The position numbers and the translations under genes are program-made. A DNA stretch of 64,000 nucleotides from a virus. Below the pieces are notes generated by a model, which was not told where the DNA came from, ran no database searches, and worked only from the letters and a program-made list of their open reading frames with translations. The stretch covers positions 1 through 64,000 of the IMG/VR virus record IMGVR_UViG_3300003154_000004. One strand, written 5' to 3'. The first letter of the stretch is position 1, and each line of letters begins with the position of its first letter. This document shows positions 52,351 through 61,513 of this stretch, one piece after another.

Positions 52351-53402
52351 AGTTTTCGCTTCCTCTCCACTTTGAATTTTTCTTGCAGTTGGAGCCATAA
52401 ACTAATAGTGGTATCTTTTAGAGGTTTCTCAAGGCCTGCCTTTTCAATGTGGTAGATTGCATCATTCATCGCTTGATACTCACGATCAACAGCTTTGTAT
52501 ACCGATCCCCCTTCAATGTTCTTCACAAACTGCAAATTCGCTCGTATGTCATCAAACCCGTAACGGAAGATTAACGGTAAGTAGGCTTCACGATAAGGAA
52601 TATCAGTGGAGTTTTTCACCACTCTAGCAATCGTATTGACCCCAACGATCTGCTCGTGCGACTTTCCTTTAAACGTGACCGTCTTCGTAATGTCACGTGG
52701 CTTCGAGAAGCCGAGTTGAATGCGAATTGAAGCATAGAAGGGGATTGCAAAACCACCTGGTGTTGTAATTCCATACTCACCCTGTCTGATCTGATTCGAA
52801 CATGCCAAAATCATATTCGACTTTGTAATCGTTCTACACAACACCCTCATCCCCTGACTGAACATCTTCGCTCTTCTCTGACCCATCTTATCCCCTTTTT
52901 CCATCTCTAGTGCCGTACTCAATGCTGCAAGACTATCAGCGAGTACGGCATTTGGGGGATTTGACATGGATGGCTTCCATGTTGAAATAAAGTCAAAGAC
53001 TTCCTCGACCGTGTCAGGCATACTGTAGTTTTTCTTGTCAATCTCTGCTCCATAAATCCGCATATACTCTTTATCTAATCGTGCTTCAGGATCCATAAAA
53101 TGGATACTCCCACCATTTTTCTGCACCCTCGCTGCAATCTCTGCAAGACATGCTGTCTTGCCTACTCCTGAGGGGCCGTAGATTTCAATGAGTACCCCAC
53201 CCGGAATCCCCCCGCCATGTACTTTTGTACCTGAAATCGCGAGATCCAGCAGTGTAGATCCAGTTGAGATGCAATAGTCAAAATTCCCAGTGGGGATGAA
53301 CTCTCTTTCTGTCAAAGGCGTCTCACTTGCCGCCTCCTCTTCGATCTGAGCTTCTAGGGGGTCTTTCGACCCCCCTCCACTCCGTTTAAGGAGTTTTGCC
53401 AT
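52347..53402 (-). CDS. RecA/UvsX-family recombinase
   Basis: GGIPGGVLIEIYGPSGVGKTACLAEIAA (Walker A in RecA context), followed by NAVLADSLAAL and a downstream loop region. Confidence 0.8.
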   Translation of the reverse strand: MAKLLKRSGGGSKDPLEAQIEEEAASETPLTEREFIPTGNFDYCISTGSTLLDLAISGTKVHGGGIPGGVLIEIYGPSGVGKTACLAEIAARVQKNGGSIHFMDPEARLDKEYMRIYGAEIDKKNYSMPDTVEEVFDFISTWKPSMSNPPNAVLADSLAALSTALEMEKGDKMGQRRAKMFSQGMRVLCRTITKSNMILACSNQIRQGEYGITTPGGFAIPFYASIRIQLGFSKPRDITKTVTFKGKSHEQIVGVNTIARVVKNSTDIPYREAYLPLIFRYGFDDIRANLQFVKNIEGGSVYKAVDREYQAMNDAIYHIEKAGLEKPLKDTTISLWLQLQEKFKVERKRKL

Positions 53403-53405
53403 CTC

Positions 53406-54581
53406 TTACTTCCTCCTCCCAAGCAATCGTTTTGGCTTCTCAGGCTCAGGAGCAGGAGCAGGAGGCTGAGAAGTTGTAGGTGCGGGTTGCGAGGGTTGCG
53501 AGGGTTGCGAGGGTTGCGATATTCTCTTCCCTGCATCGAAACAGTCATCCCAACCCGGGCAGCGTAAGCACTCTGCAAACTTGTCCGTATCTACCCCAAA
53601 CGCACGTCCTCTATAACATTTATCCCAGGGCGGGGAGGGTTCTGATGTTCCCACCCCTTCAGCTTTCCGTGTTGTAGTTGTTCTCGTTTCATCTCCTCCC
53701 GCGGGAGACGGTGCATTATCAACATTCGCCGCCGATGTGACGGGCCTTGCTTTGTGCTCCCCTTCTGCACCCTCTACATACGGTTCCCCATATAGGGATT
53801 CAAACATGGTTTTGTACTCAGGGTGAAGAACGAGGAGTGACTCAAGGGGATACTTACACGCTTTTTCAAGGAGATATTCAGGGAGATCTCTTTTTCGATC
53901 AATGAACCTGTGCCCCAAATACTCGATCTGATCCCGCGACCCCTTGATTTTGAATGCAATCGTTTTCCCTTCCATATCAGGCGATGAGTATGGTATCACT
54001 CCTCCGCCCTGTGGGATTGTTGCAATCTCATCGACCTTTTCTTGGAAAAAGAAAGACGGAACCCGCCAGATCTGCAAACCTTTCTGTTCTTCTTGGGGCG
54101 TTGTGTGATCCCATATGTAGTAAATATATTGATGGTATGCACGAAGGGCATTCCATTCTGGCTTTGGTAAGCCAGGATTTGCATTCAGATGCTCACACAT
54201 CGGGTCCTTCGTGCGAAACATGTGAACCTGACAGATGAAGTCGTCCTTTGCAACCCCAATTCGCTTATGCGTCCAGAGATCAACGGCAAATACGATGGGC
54301 CATAGTTTACTGTCACGTGGTGATGTGGGATTGTCAATTTTCGCTTGTCTGATGGCATCTTGAATCTCATCATCAGGGAACAACTCTGTCGCTTCCCAAC
54401 AGATAAGATCAATAAGATGTTCGCCCTCTTTCGGAGACCAGAACCCAATGTCATCAGGTATCTTTTTCCCATCGAAAATGCTACTTCGATATCCTCCCCC
54501 TTCTTCACTCTTCTTCTTCTGGGCCTCGTGCCTCGCCTGAAAGTCCGCTTTCTTCCCTTTGTACTTCTCCAAATAACCCAT
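53406..54581 (-). CDS. Hypothetical protein, possible T4 gp32-like ssDNA-binding protein with a Cys-rich, Pro/Gln-rich C-terminal extension
   Basis: Strong SD AAAGGAGAA. Loose resemblance to gp32 architecture (ICQVHMFRTKDPMCEHL; GKTIAFKIKG). Adjacent to the recombinase gene. Tentative. Confidence 0.3.
   Translation of the reverse strand: MGYLEKYKGKKADFQARHEAQKKKSEEGGGYRSSIFDGKKIPDDIGFWSPKEGEHLIDLICWEATELFPDDEIQDAIRQAKIDNPTSPRDSKLWPIVFAVDLWTHKRIGVAKDDFICQVHMFRTKDPMCEHLNANPGLPKPEWNALRAYHQYIYYIWDHTTPQEEQKGLQIWRVPSFFFQEKVDEIATIPQGGGVIPYSSPDMEGKTIAFKIKGSRDQIEYLGHRFIDRKRDLPEYLLEKACKYPLESLLVLHPEYKTMFESLYGEPYVEGAEGEHKARPVTSAANVDNAPSPAGGDETRTTTTRKAEGVGTSEPSPPWDKCYRGRAFGVDTDKFAECLRCPGWDDCFDAGKRISQPSQPSQPSQPAPTTSQPPAPAPEPEKPKRLLGRRK
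53481..53519. repeat. Tandem 9-bp repeat (CGAGGGTTG, about four units)
   Basis: Encodes (SQP)4 in the C-terminal tail of the 391-aa protein on the minus strand. Confidence 0.9.
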
Positions 54582-55095
54582 CTTCTAATTCTCCTTTCTT
54601 CCTTAGTAATACTCGTTTCTGTGTGTCATACGCTTCTTTCTGGAAATACGCTTTTGATGTGTTCGCCTGTGCTGGGCGTGATGAATAATACCCATTCAAC
54701 CACAGTTTTGTCAGCCCCTCAATGCTTGCCCTTCGATGGTCAAACGCTCTCATTGCAGCCATATACATATTCGCTTTTCGACAGGCTGCAAGGTATTTTT
54801 GATACTGAAGATCATAACTAGGGTGAGTATCGACACAAGCTGCGATGGCTGGGTTGGAAATGCTTTTGATCTCAAACTTGTCAGGATTACGACGAATTTT
54901 ATGATCAAGATCGGCTGCGAGCACTTCCAACTTCCTTTTCTGATGATCCCTTTCATCCTGTGCCTCTACTGCTGCAACTGCATACTTCATGTACAAAGCT
55001 GGCTGAGTCTGCCATACTGTGTCAAGTGCATTCAGATCTAATCGCAATTCCTCTTTATACTCTTTTCGTTCCCACAATGCATCCCAGTCAATCAT
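54505..55095 (-). CDS. Hypothetical protein, possible UvsY-like recombination mediator
   Basis: 196-aa helical protein with loose pattern similarity to UvsY, upstream of the gp32-like and recombinase genes. Tentative. Confidence 0.25.
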   Translation of the reverse strand: MIDWDALWERKEYKEELRLDLNALDTVWQTQPALYMKYAVAAVEAQDERDHQKRKLEVLAADLDHKIRRNPDKFEIKSISNPAIAACVDTHPSYDLQYQKYLAACRKANMYMAAMRAFDHRRASIEGLTKLWLNGYYSSRPAQANTSKAYFQKEAYDTQKRVLLRKKGELEDGLFGEVQREESGLSGEARGPEEEE

Positions 55096-55376
55096 ACCTT
55101 CTTCCCCTTCTTTGCTTTCATCCGTTCAGTGGGGGTTTTATCATAGGGTTCCATTTCAGGAAACAACCTGAAAGTTCTCTTCATGACTGCCAGTTTATTT
55201 CTCATGCCTTCAAGTTCGGACACGACTTTTGCAACGTAGATGGGAAATTCTCGGCGGATCACAGAGTCTTCATATTTTGTCCATAGCGGACCTCGCAAAC
55301 CAGATTTTGTGACGAATAGCTCATCAAGTGGCCGCATCCCTTTTCCCATCCTTCTACCCTCCTTTCTTTCTTTCAT
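55092..55376 (-). CDS. Hypothetical protein
   Basis: 94-aa ORF with a 4-nt overlap with the downstream gene. Confidence 0.45.
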   Translation of the reverse strand: MKERKEGRRMGKGMRPLDELFVTKSGLRGPLWTKYEDSVIRREFPIYVAKVVSELEGMRNKLAVMKRTFRLFPEMEPYDKTPTERMKAKKGKKV

Positions 55377-55394
55377 TATAACATACAGAATCGT

Positions 55395-56324
55395 TTATTC
55401 CTCTGTGCATGCCTGATAACAACAAAAAATCAGCCCGGCTCTTCCTGTATACATAAAACTGTCGAGGAAGAATGGGATCTTGCGTGCTACAAATTCATCA
55501 CCATTATCGAGCAATGCCTTTTCAAAGTAAGAAAGGATTGCGTAACGAATCTGCTCAGGCTCCCCTTTGATGTCACGTAAGATCCCTTTCACCGTCGCCC
55601 ACTTCTTCACGTCATCCCTTGCAATCAAGGCTCTGCATAAATCCAGTGTACTCGCTTCCGAAAACGTGATCTGTGTGATTGTGTCCAATGCCAGTTGCTC
55701 GTCTTCCATATCAATGATCTGATCAAGAAAACGAAGGGCAAGACCAGGACTACCGTTGCTCACATTCACAATCTTTGCAATGATCTTGGTGTAGTCAGCC
55801 GGAGAAAGTCCTTCTGCATCCAGAACATCGTCCAACAACTGCCTCAACGTGTCGCTCATCATCGGAGCGACTTCATACGAATGGCAGCGACGTTTTAGAG
55901 TGGGCTTCAGTTTGTCTGGCTCAGTCGTACAGAGAATGAAGAAACTCGAGGGGGTGCCATCTTCAAGAACTTTCAGCAACGCTTCCTGTGCTGGGCCTGT
56001 AATCTGATGGCACTCATCAAGGATGAAGACTCGTGCTTTGCTCATCATAGGACTTGTGTAGGTGAGCTTTTCGATTGATCTTACCGTATCAATCCCGCGT
56101 GTATTCGATGCGTTGTAATAGCTTATATCCTGCCCGTCCCCTCCGACCGCCTGCGCGACGATGTAAGCAAGCGTTGTCTTGCCACATCCACTCGGGCCTG
56201 TGAAGAGAAATGCACGTGGGAACTCCTTTCTACTTAACACAGATCTCAACGATTCTACCGTACTGTCGTTGCCATAGAATGCTTCGAGATCACATGGACG
56301 GTACGAAACTTGCAATGCTGTCAT
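55395..56324 (-). CDS. AAA+ clamp loader subunit (DNA pol III gamma/tau / RFC-like)
   Basis: FLFTGPSGCGKTTLA (Walker A), VFILDECHQIT (Walker B), FILCTTEP (sensor 1) and LKRRCHSYEV (SRC-like). Confidence 0.85.
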   Translation of the reverse strand: MTALQVSYRPCDLEAFYGNDSTVESLRSVLSRKEFPRAFLFTGPSGCGKTTLAYIVAQAVGGDGQDISYYNASNTRGIDTVRSIEKLTYTSPMMSKARVFILDECHQITGPAQEALLKVLEDGTPSSFFILCTTEPDKLKPTLKRRCHSYEVAPMMSDTLRQLLDDVLDAEGLSPADYTKIIAKIVNVSNGSPGLALRFLDQIIDMEDEQLALDTITQITFSEASTLDLCRALIARDDVKKWATVKGILRDIKGEPEQIRYAILSYFEKALLDNGDEFVARKIPFFLDSFMYTGRAGLIFCCYQACTEE

Positions 56325-56575
56325 GCCCTTTTCCTCCTTTCTTTAATGTAACCAACATACCCCCGCCTGAGCACACGCGGGGTGCAGAGACGATCCCTGC
56401 GATTTGGACATTCGAAATAATGATGCTGAGCGACAGGGTTGTAGGGTTTTCGCCTCGATCTTTGAGTCCATTCTAATCTTCGCTGTGCAGAATACCATCT
56501 CCGTTTGTTCTCGATGAGCCGCATTTCACGCAGAAAAGCTTCATAGAGTTGTCTTCTTTCCGGATCAACCCACAC
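56321..56575 (-). CDS. Small basic hypothetical protein
   Basis: 84-aa Arg-rich ORF, overlapping both neighbours by 4 and 11 nt. Confidence 0.4.
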   Translation of the reverse strand: MWVDPERRQLYEAFLREMRLIENKRRWYSAQRRLEWTQRSRRKPYNPVAQHHYFECPNRRDRLCTPRVLRRGYVGYIKERRKRA

Positions 56576-56966
56576 TTGCCCCCTCCTTTTTCAGGTAAAC
56601 CCGTTTGTATTCTAATCCCATTGTCTTTGCCATTGCACATACATGTGCATGACCGCACCCTATCATCTCTGCAATCTCCCTGCTCGTCATCTGTAGGCGC
56701 TGTTCGTCAGGGATAGCGAGGAAGGCTTTCTTCGCAAATGCATCCCTTGTGTTAAACTTCCTATTAATCATCCCTTTTAATCCGAGTTCGCCAATCTTTT
56801 TCATTAGAGCATTCCTACTGACCCCCAACAAACTCGCTACTTTATCGTAACTCCTGTGCTGCTTGTACAACTGTACAAGCATATCATGTGCATTCGCGAA
56901 ATTCGTGTGTAATTCCTCGTTACACGCTTTTTTCAAATCATCCCAGTCAATTATTCGTCCTGGCAT
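56565..56966 (-). CDS. DNA-binding protein with two HTH-like segments
   Basis: Start ATG 56966 follows AAAGGAG. Segments SYDKVASLLGVSRNALMKKIGELG and TSREIAEMIGCGHAHVCAMAKTMG. The longer ORF-track version (to 57179) is an out-of-frame overlap artefact. Confidence 0.5.
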   Translation of the reverse strand: MPGRIIDWDDLKKACNEELHTNFANAHDMLVQLYKQHRSYDKVASLLGVSRNALMKKIGELGLKGMINRKFNTRDAFAKKAFLAIPDEQRLQMTSREIAEMIGCGHAHVCAMAKTMGLEYKRVYLKKEGASVG

Positions 56967-57009
56967 CAAATTACTCCTTTCTGATTGTAAATTTAGTAGT
57001 GACAGCTTA

Positions 57010-57534
57010 CTAATCATCCAGATCTGCACTAAAAATAATGTGGAACCACTTGGACTGTTTATTTCTAACAGCAGTCCAAGCAGCAGTCCAAGCAGCAGCC
57101 CGTCCCGCGACTCCAACAGCATCCTTAACAGCAACGTGAGCAATGGCTCTGGCAGCAGCTCTGGCAGCAGCTCTGGCATCGTCCCAAGCGGCAGTCAACT
57201 CACTTTCGTTAGCTTCCTCATAGGCTGCTAAGTGTGCCGCTTTTACCACCTCAATACTACGCTTATCCTGCATCAAGTATAGTGCATCCTGTGCGCAAGC
57301 GACCGCGAATAGCCGATAACGCATATCGATATGATCACCATGCACAATGTTACGTGGAATATCCAAGATATTATCCAACCCATTCGTATTTAAAATTGTA
57401 ACAAGGTCGATGGGCATGTCCAACTTGGGTCGTCGTCCTAGTGCCTGCCTGAGATGTGCGTACTCATTTTCTTCGCAAACCTCTTCATCTCGTAACTCCC
57501 TTAGTGTCGTCCAAACGTGTATTTCCCGCTCCAT
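57010..57534 (-). CDS. Hypothetical protein with C-terminal Ala/Trp short repeats (AARAAARA, AAWTAAWTA)
   Basis: Start ATG 57534 follows AAAGGGGAA. The peptide repeats are encoded by 12-nt tandem DNA repeats at about 57070-57100 and 57150-57180. Confidence 0.45.
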   Translation of the reverse strand: MEREIHVWTTLRELRDEEVCEENEYAHLRQALGRRPKLDMPIDLVTILNTNGLDNILDIPRNIVHGDHIDMRYRLFAVACAQDALYLMQDKRSIEVVKAAHLAAYEEANESELTAAWDDARAAARAAARAIAHVAVKDAVGVAGRAAAWTAAWTAVRNKQSKWFHIIFSADLDD

Positions 57535-57609
57535 TGTTCCCCTTTCATTCTTCCCAACTTGAGCAATCACATCGTTTACCTTACATCCATAATGACGCTC
57601 GAACTCTCA

Positions 57610-60240
57610 TCAAATTACTCCTTTCACTTTTGCTTTATTTCCCCAACCTTCATCAATTTCAGTTGCTTCAAAATCCATCTTTATTGGGATGTTAATAAAA
57701 GGGAATGCTTGCATCAGCTTTCGCGTCCCGATCTCATTTGTCACCCGAATGATTGTCTCGAACTCATCAGGTGGGGTGTCGAGAAGAATGGAATCATGAA
57801 TTTGACCTATGATCTTTGTCCACATCCGATTCTGCCGAATGTATTGATTCAACTCAATTAACGTCCATAACAAAAAGTGAAACGCTGTGCCTTGAATCGG
57901 GTAGTTACTGACTTCCTTCTCTGTCATGTACCCAACATATTGAAACCCCAGCAGAGATTCAATATGCCCCTGCTTCCTATACAATCTGTTTATGTCAATT
58001 TTCCACTGGGCATACTCCTTGAATCTCTCCTTCCAGAAGATGCGTTCAACATCCTTCAGATGTTCTTTAAACTCGTCAATGGATTTAATTCTGTGCTTCT
58101 CCCTCAACCAGTCCTTAAGCATCACTCCGTCTTTTGTCTTCAAATGCGCACAGTTCTTCCACAAATCATTCCCGCAGTTACCATAATAACTGCCATAGAA
58201 TTGAGGGAACACCCAACAATTCTTCGCATAGAATCGAATTTTCTCTTCGGGATCAAGAAGTTCTGCTGGCAACATCCAAATGTCTACTGCACTGTCTCTG
58301 TGCATGTCCGTTGTCTTATCCACAAGATACTTTATCAGCGATCGATCCTGTGTATACACTCCTGCCGTTCGTACTTCAATCGATGAATAGTCTCCTTCTA
58401 TAATGCGATTCCCAGGACTCGGCTTCAATCCCATCCTCGTGATCTTTTTCGAGAAAGCATCACGAACAGGAACATTCTGAAGATTGGGATTTGACGAACT
58501 GCCCCTGTACGTTCTTGGAATATGAAGATCGAAGAAAGGGTGAATGCGTCCGTTTCTTACCTCCCGCAAGAACTGAGCAAGATACGTTCCCTTTACTTTC
58601 TCCAGTTTACGAGTCTCCAGAACGAGACGGATCAGGGGACTTTCGATGGAATCATTTAGTGTGGAAGCATCGATGGACAAATTGTCATTGTCCGTTAATA
58701 CCTCCTCCGCACCCACTATCTCATACAATAACAGACGCATATCTTCAGTGGAGTTTGTGTCGGGAAGACGTTGAAAACGTTCACGAAACTTCGCGACTTC
58801 CCCCGTCTGCAACATCTCCTGCTTTTTCTGTTTGATTAATCCCGTTAGTTCCTCTTTCTTTTCAATGTAGTAATTCTCATCCGCCACGACCCCATTAATT
58901 TGTACATCACTCAACGCTTTCATTCCATCCATAAAGAAACGAAATGCTTTGTATCGCCCTTCAAAAGACTTTTTTGCAAACTCCTTCGACTGTTCCATAA
59001 ACAGCTTCATCCCATACAAACTATCCAGCCCACAATATGTTAGCAGATCATGAATGTCGATTTCATCGACACGGTTGAAGGAATTACTATCAGATGCATG
59101 TAAAAAAGGGGCAATGTGTTTATCGTATGGTCGTACCCCAAAATTGATGTACGTCTGAAACTTCAAACCCGTCCAATTCTTTCTATTATCCCGAATGTGC
59201 GCTGCAATCATCGTATCCCAATACCAATTCTCTACAGAACCTCCAATGACATATCTCGACCATATGTCTTCGAACTTGATATTATGAGCCATTTTTAGCG
59301 ATCGTGTTTTTAGTACCTTTTGCACCAGAGTTTTGATCGCAGTGACTTCCTTCTCCGAAAACCACCCTGCATATTCGATTGGGAAACTTACAGCACAATC
59401 AGATTTTGCTGCAAAAGAGGCACAGGCTATACGATGGCCGGGACTGAAAGGCTTCAGCCCTGTTGTTTCATAATCGAAGTAGAGGTAGTGAGGGGGCATA
59501 TCAAGAATATTCTGTAGGAATGCTCGAATGTCATCAAAGGTGTACAAACGAAGGATTGATGAAGCGTGATTCTCATCGATCGTTTCCGTATTGTCAAACG
59601 GTCTCTCCCACCCTAAGCATTCGATTGCAAGATCGAGATCCCTTCCATACACACTCTGCAAGTTCTCATTGCGAGAATCGCGAGTGGGGTAGGATGGGTG
59701 AAACATTGGGAAAACCCATGCATTGTACTTACGATCTGGGATCGCAGTACCCCTCCATCTGGAAATCTCTCTGTACTTAAAGTCATCCATGTAAAAACTA
59801 TCGATTGCTTTCCCTCCCATTAGCCAAATAATCTTTGGTTTCAATTCAGAGAGGGCTTTTTCAATAAGAGGACGACAATACTGTACTTCAAGTAGAGTTG
59901 GTGCGCGAGTTTTCCCATCACTATTGGGCCAACAGTTTACTGCATTCATCCTCCAAAACATCTGATCCAGATCACACCCTCGCTCCTTCAACTTGTCACG
60001 AAAGAATTGACCTACTTTTCCGATCAGTTGAGTTCTCATCTGATCTTCTGTCGGGCCGTTTGCTTCAGCGACAATCAGCGCTTGCAACTCGCCTTTTCCT
60101 GAGGGTGGAAGTTTAGGATTAGCACAGTGATGATGCAGCTTACAGAGTCCACATGCAGGACCCCCTTGCGTGTTTTCTTGGAAATAGGATTTTGTAACCT
60201 TATCGACTTCTGCCTGTGTGAAGAAACCTTTCAATGTCAT
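57610..60240 (-). CDS. Family A DNA polymerase with an N-terminal UDG-family-4-like domain and a 3'-5' exonuclease domain
   Basis: UDG-like: CGLCKLHHHC, VAEANGPTED (degenerate GEAPG), FHPSY. Exonuclease: YFDYETTGL, HNIKFED, YCGLDS. Polymerase: DYSSIEVR (motif A), FYAKNCWVFPQFYGSYYG (motif B), QIHDSILLD (motif C). Confidence 0.9.
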   Translation of the reverse strand: MTLKGFFTQAEVDKVTKSYFQENTQGGPACGLCKLHHHCANPKLPPSGKGELQALIVAEANGPTEDQMRTQLIGKVGQFFRDKLKERGCDLDQMFWRMNAVNCWPNSDGKTRAPTLLEVQYCRPLIEKALSELKPKIIWLMGGKAIDSFYMDDFKYREISRWRGTAIPDRKYNAWVFPMFHPSYPTRDSRNENLQSVYGRDLDLAIECLGWERPFDNTETIDENHASSILRLYTFDDIRAFLQNILDMPPHYLYFDYETTGLKPFSPGHRIACASFAAKSDCAVSFPIEYAGWFSEKEVTAIKTLVQKVLKTRSLKMAHNIKFEDIWSRYVIGGSVENWYWDTMIAAHIRDNRKNWTGLKFQTYINFGVRPYDKHIAPFLHASDSNSFNRVDEIDIHDLLTYCGLDSLYGMKLFMEQSKEFAKKSFEGRYKAFRFFMDGMKALSDVQINGVVADENYYIEKKEELTGLIKQKKQEMLQTGEVAKFRERFQRLPDTNSTEDMRLLLYEIVGAEEVLTDNDNLSIDASTLNDSIESPLIRLVLETRKLEKVKGTYLAQFLREVRNGRIHPFFDLHIPRTYRGSSSNPNLQNVPVRDAFSKKITRMGLKPSPGNRIIEGDYSSIEVRTAGVYTQDRSLIKYLVDKTTDMHRDSAVDIWMLPAELLDPEEKIRFYAKNCWVFPQFYGSYYGNCGNDLWKNCAHLKTKDGVMLKDWLREKHRIKSIDEFKEHLKDVERIFWKERFKEYAQWKIDINRLYRKQGHIESLLGFQYVGYMTEKEVSNYPIQGTAFHFLLWTLIELNQYIRQNRMWTKIIGQIHDSILLDTPPDEFETIIRVTNEIGTRKLMQAFPFINIPIKMDFEATEIDEGWGNKAKVKGVI

Positions 60241-60252
60241 GTAGACTCCTCT

Positions 60253-61347
60253 TCAATAGGGAATGTCATCTTCTGTTGTGTCATTCATTTTGGATGAGAA
60301 CAGGCAGATGCATTGTTGGAACCCATTCCTTTCCATTATCAGCACCCCTCGTGTAGGAGCTACGGAAATGCGTGTCGCCCCTTTCGCAAGAGCGTTACGA
60401 ATGAAGTCAGGGCTGACATTGATTGAGAAGCCTGAATCGGAAGGTGTAGGATGACTGATAACTTCCACTGCTCTCCCCACGGGACTCTTGTACTCGAATC
60501 GAATATTCCCTTCCCGAAAATTCATCTGAATGAACTCGTCACCTTCCTTCAGTACCGTCACTGTATCAACTGCATTAATTACTTCCTCAGATTTCAATTC
60601 GATCGGTTCCGTTACTACATCAGCCATAATTCTCTGTAGCAATTCGTCGCATGCTAGAAATGACCCTTTCATTTTCCTCACACTAAAGATCGTCCCGATT
60701 TTGTTCTTGAAGAAGACCCAAGACGATGACCATGAGAAAAGTACAGGTTTAAAGCTGGCAAGATCCTTCGCAATCACAGCCTTCATGAGCACTTCATCCC
60801 CTTCCTCTGTCATGAATGAATCCATTTCGAATCGAGCCAATCTAACCCGATCTGTCGCCGTAAGCAAATTATCACGAACTTGAATGCACGTGAGAGGCCC
60901 CGCAACTTCATCCGTCGATGCACTGAAGCTACATAGTACGATACCTTCTAAGAATGAATCAGGCACTTCATACCATTGTTCATTTTGAATGGGAATCTCA
61001 TTACGAAGATTGTGAAGAGCTTCAGAGAGGAGATCTTCGACTTGCGTTGACATCTGCAATCTCCCACTCCCTGCTCTAAACACAATCCCACCATCATCTA
61101 GCTTTGTAACCCCTAACTCGCCTGTCTTTCTCGAAACCCATTTGTACAATTCATCTGCTTTGACGGAACATTGCAGGTTTGTAGTGAATGGGTGCATGAT
61201 GCAGACCATATCATTGAATGTCGTGATCATATCCTGATCAAAAATGAAGTGAACCATCTGCTCGACAATTTCTTTCTTAGCCAAGCCAGGACGCACTAAC
61301 TCAAGTGCCTCTTTAAAATCCTCACACTTAATCTTTATTTCCTCCAC
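60253..61347 (-). CDS. DNA polymerase sliding clamp (DnaN/beta-like)
   Basis: 364 aa, the size of DnaN. The N-terminal pattern (FKEALELVRPGLAKKEIVEQMVHFIF...ITTFNDMVCI) is DnaN-like. Lies directly next to the polymerase gene. Confidence 0.6.
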   Translation of the reverse strand: MEEIKIKCEDFKEALELVRPGLAKKEIVEQMVHFIFDQDMITTFNDMVCIMHPFTTNLQCSVKADELYKWVSRKTGELGVTKLDDGGIVFRAGSGRLQMSTQVEDLLSEALHNLRNEIPIQNEQWYEVPDSFLEGIVLCSFSASTDEVAGPLTCIQVRDNLLTATDRVRLARFEMDSFMTEEGDEVLMKAVIAKDLASFKPVLFSWSSSWVFFKNKIGTIFSVRKMKGSFLACDELLQRIMADVVTEPIELKSEEVINAVDTVTVLKEGDEFIQMNFREGNIRFEYKSPVGRAVEVISHPTPSDSGFSINVSPDFIRNALAKGATRISVAPTRGVLIMERNGFQQCICLFSSKMNDTTEDDIPY

Positions 61348-61513
61348 GCCTCTCTCCTTTTAATCGTAATACTGATTCGTTATCCTTCTCGTCAAAGAAA
61401 AAACTGATCAATCGTCTATAGGCTGGGTGATGCTTCAGCACACGTTCGGCTGCAGCGGCTTCAAGTTTAAAATTCTTCAGTTGCGGGAAGTTCCCTGCGA
61501 GATAAAGTTTCAT
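61328..61513 (-). CDS. Doubtful small ORF
   Basis: 61 aa from ATG 61513. It overlaps the upstream gene by 47 nt. If not coding, it leaves a 119-nt gap before the clamp gene. Confidence 0.2.
   Translation of the reverse strand: MKLYLAGNFPQLKNFKLEAAAAERVLKHHPAYRRLISFFFDEKDNESVLRLKGERRGGNKD

Noticed and set aside
53354-53578. 74-aa ORF with NPRNPRNPRNP
   Set aside because: It is an out-of-frame reading of the 9-bp tandem repeat inside the 391-aa gene.
56967-57179. Leu-rich N-terminal extension (MPELLPELLPE...) of ORF 56565-57179
   Set aside because: It is an out-of-frame overlap with the Ala/Trp-repeat gene. ATG 56966, preceded by AAAGGAG, is the credible start.
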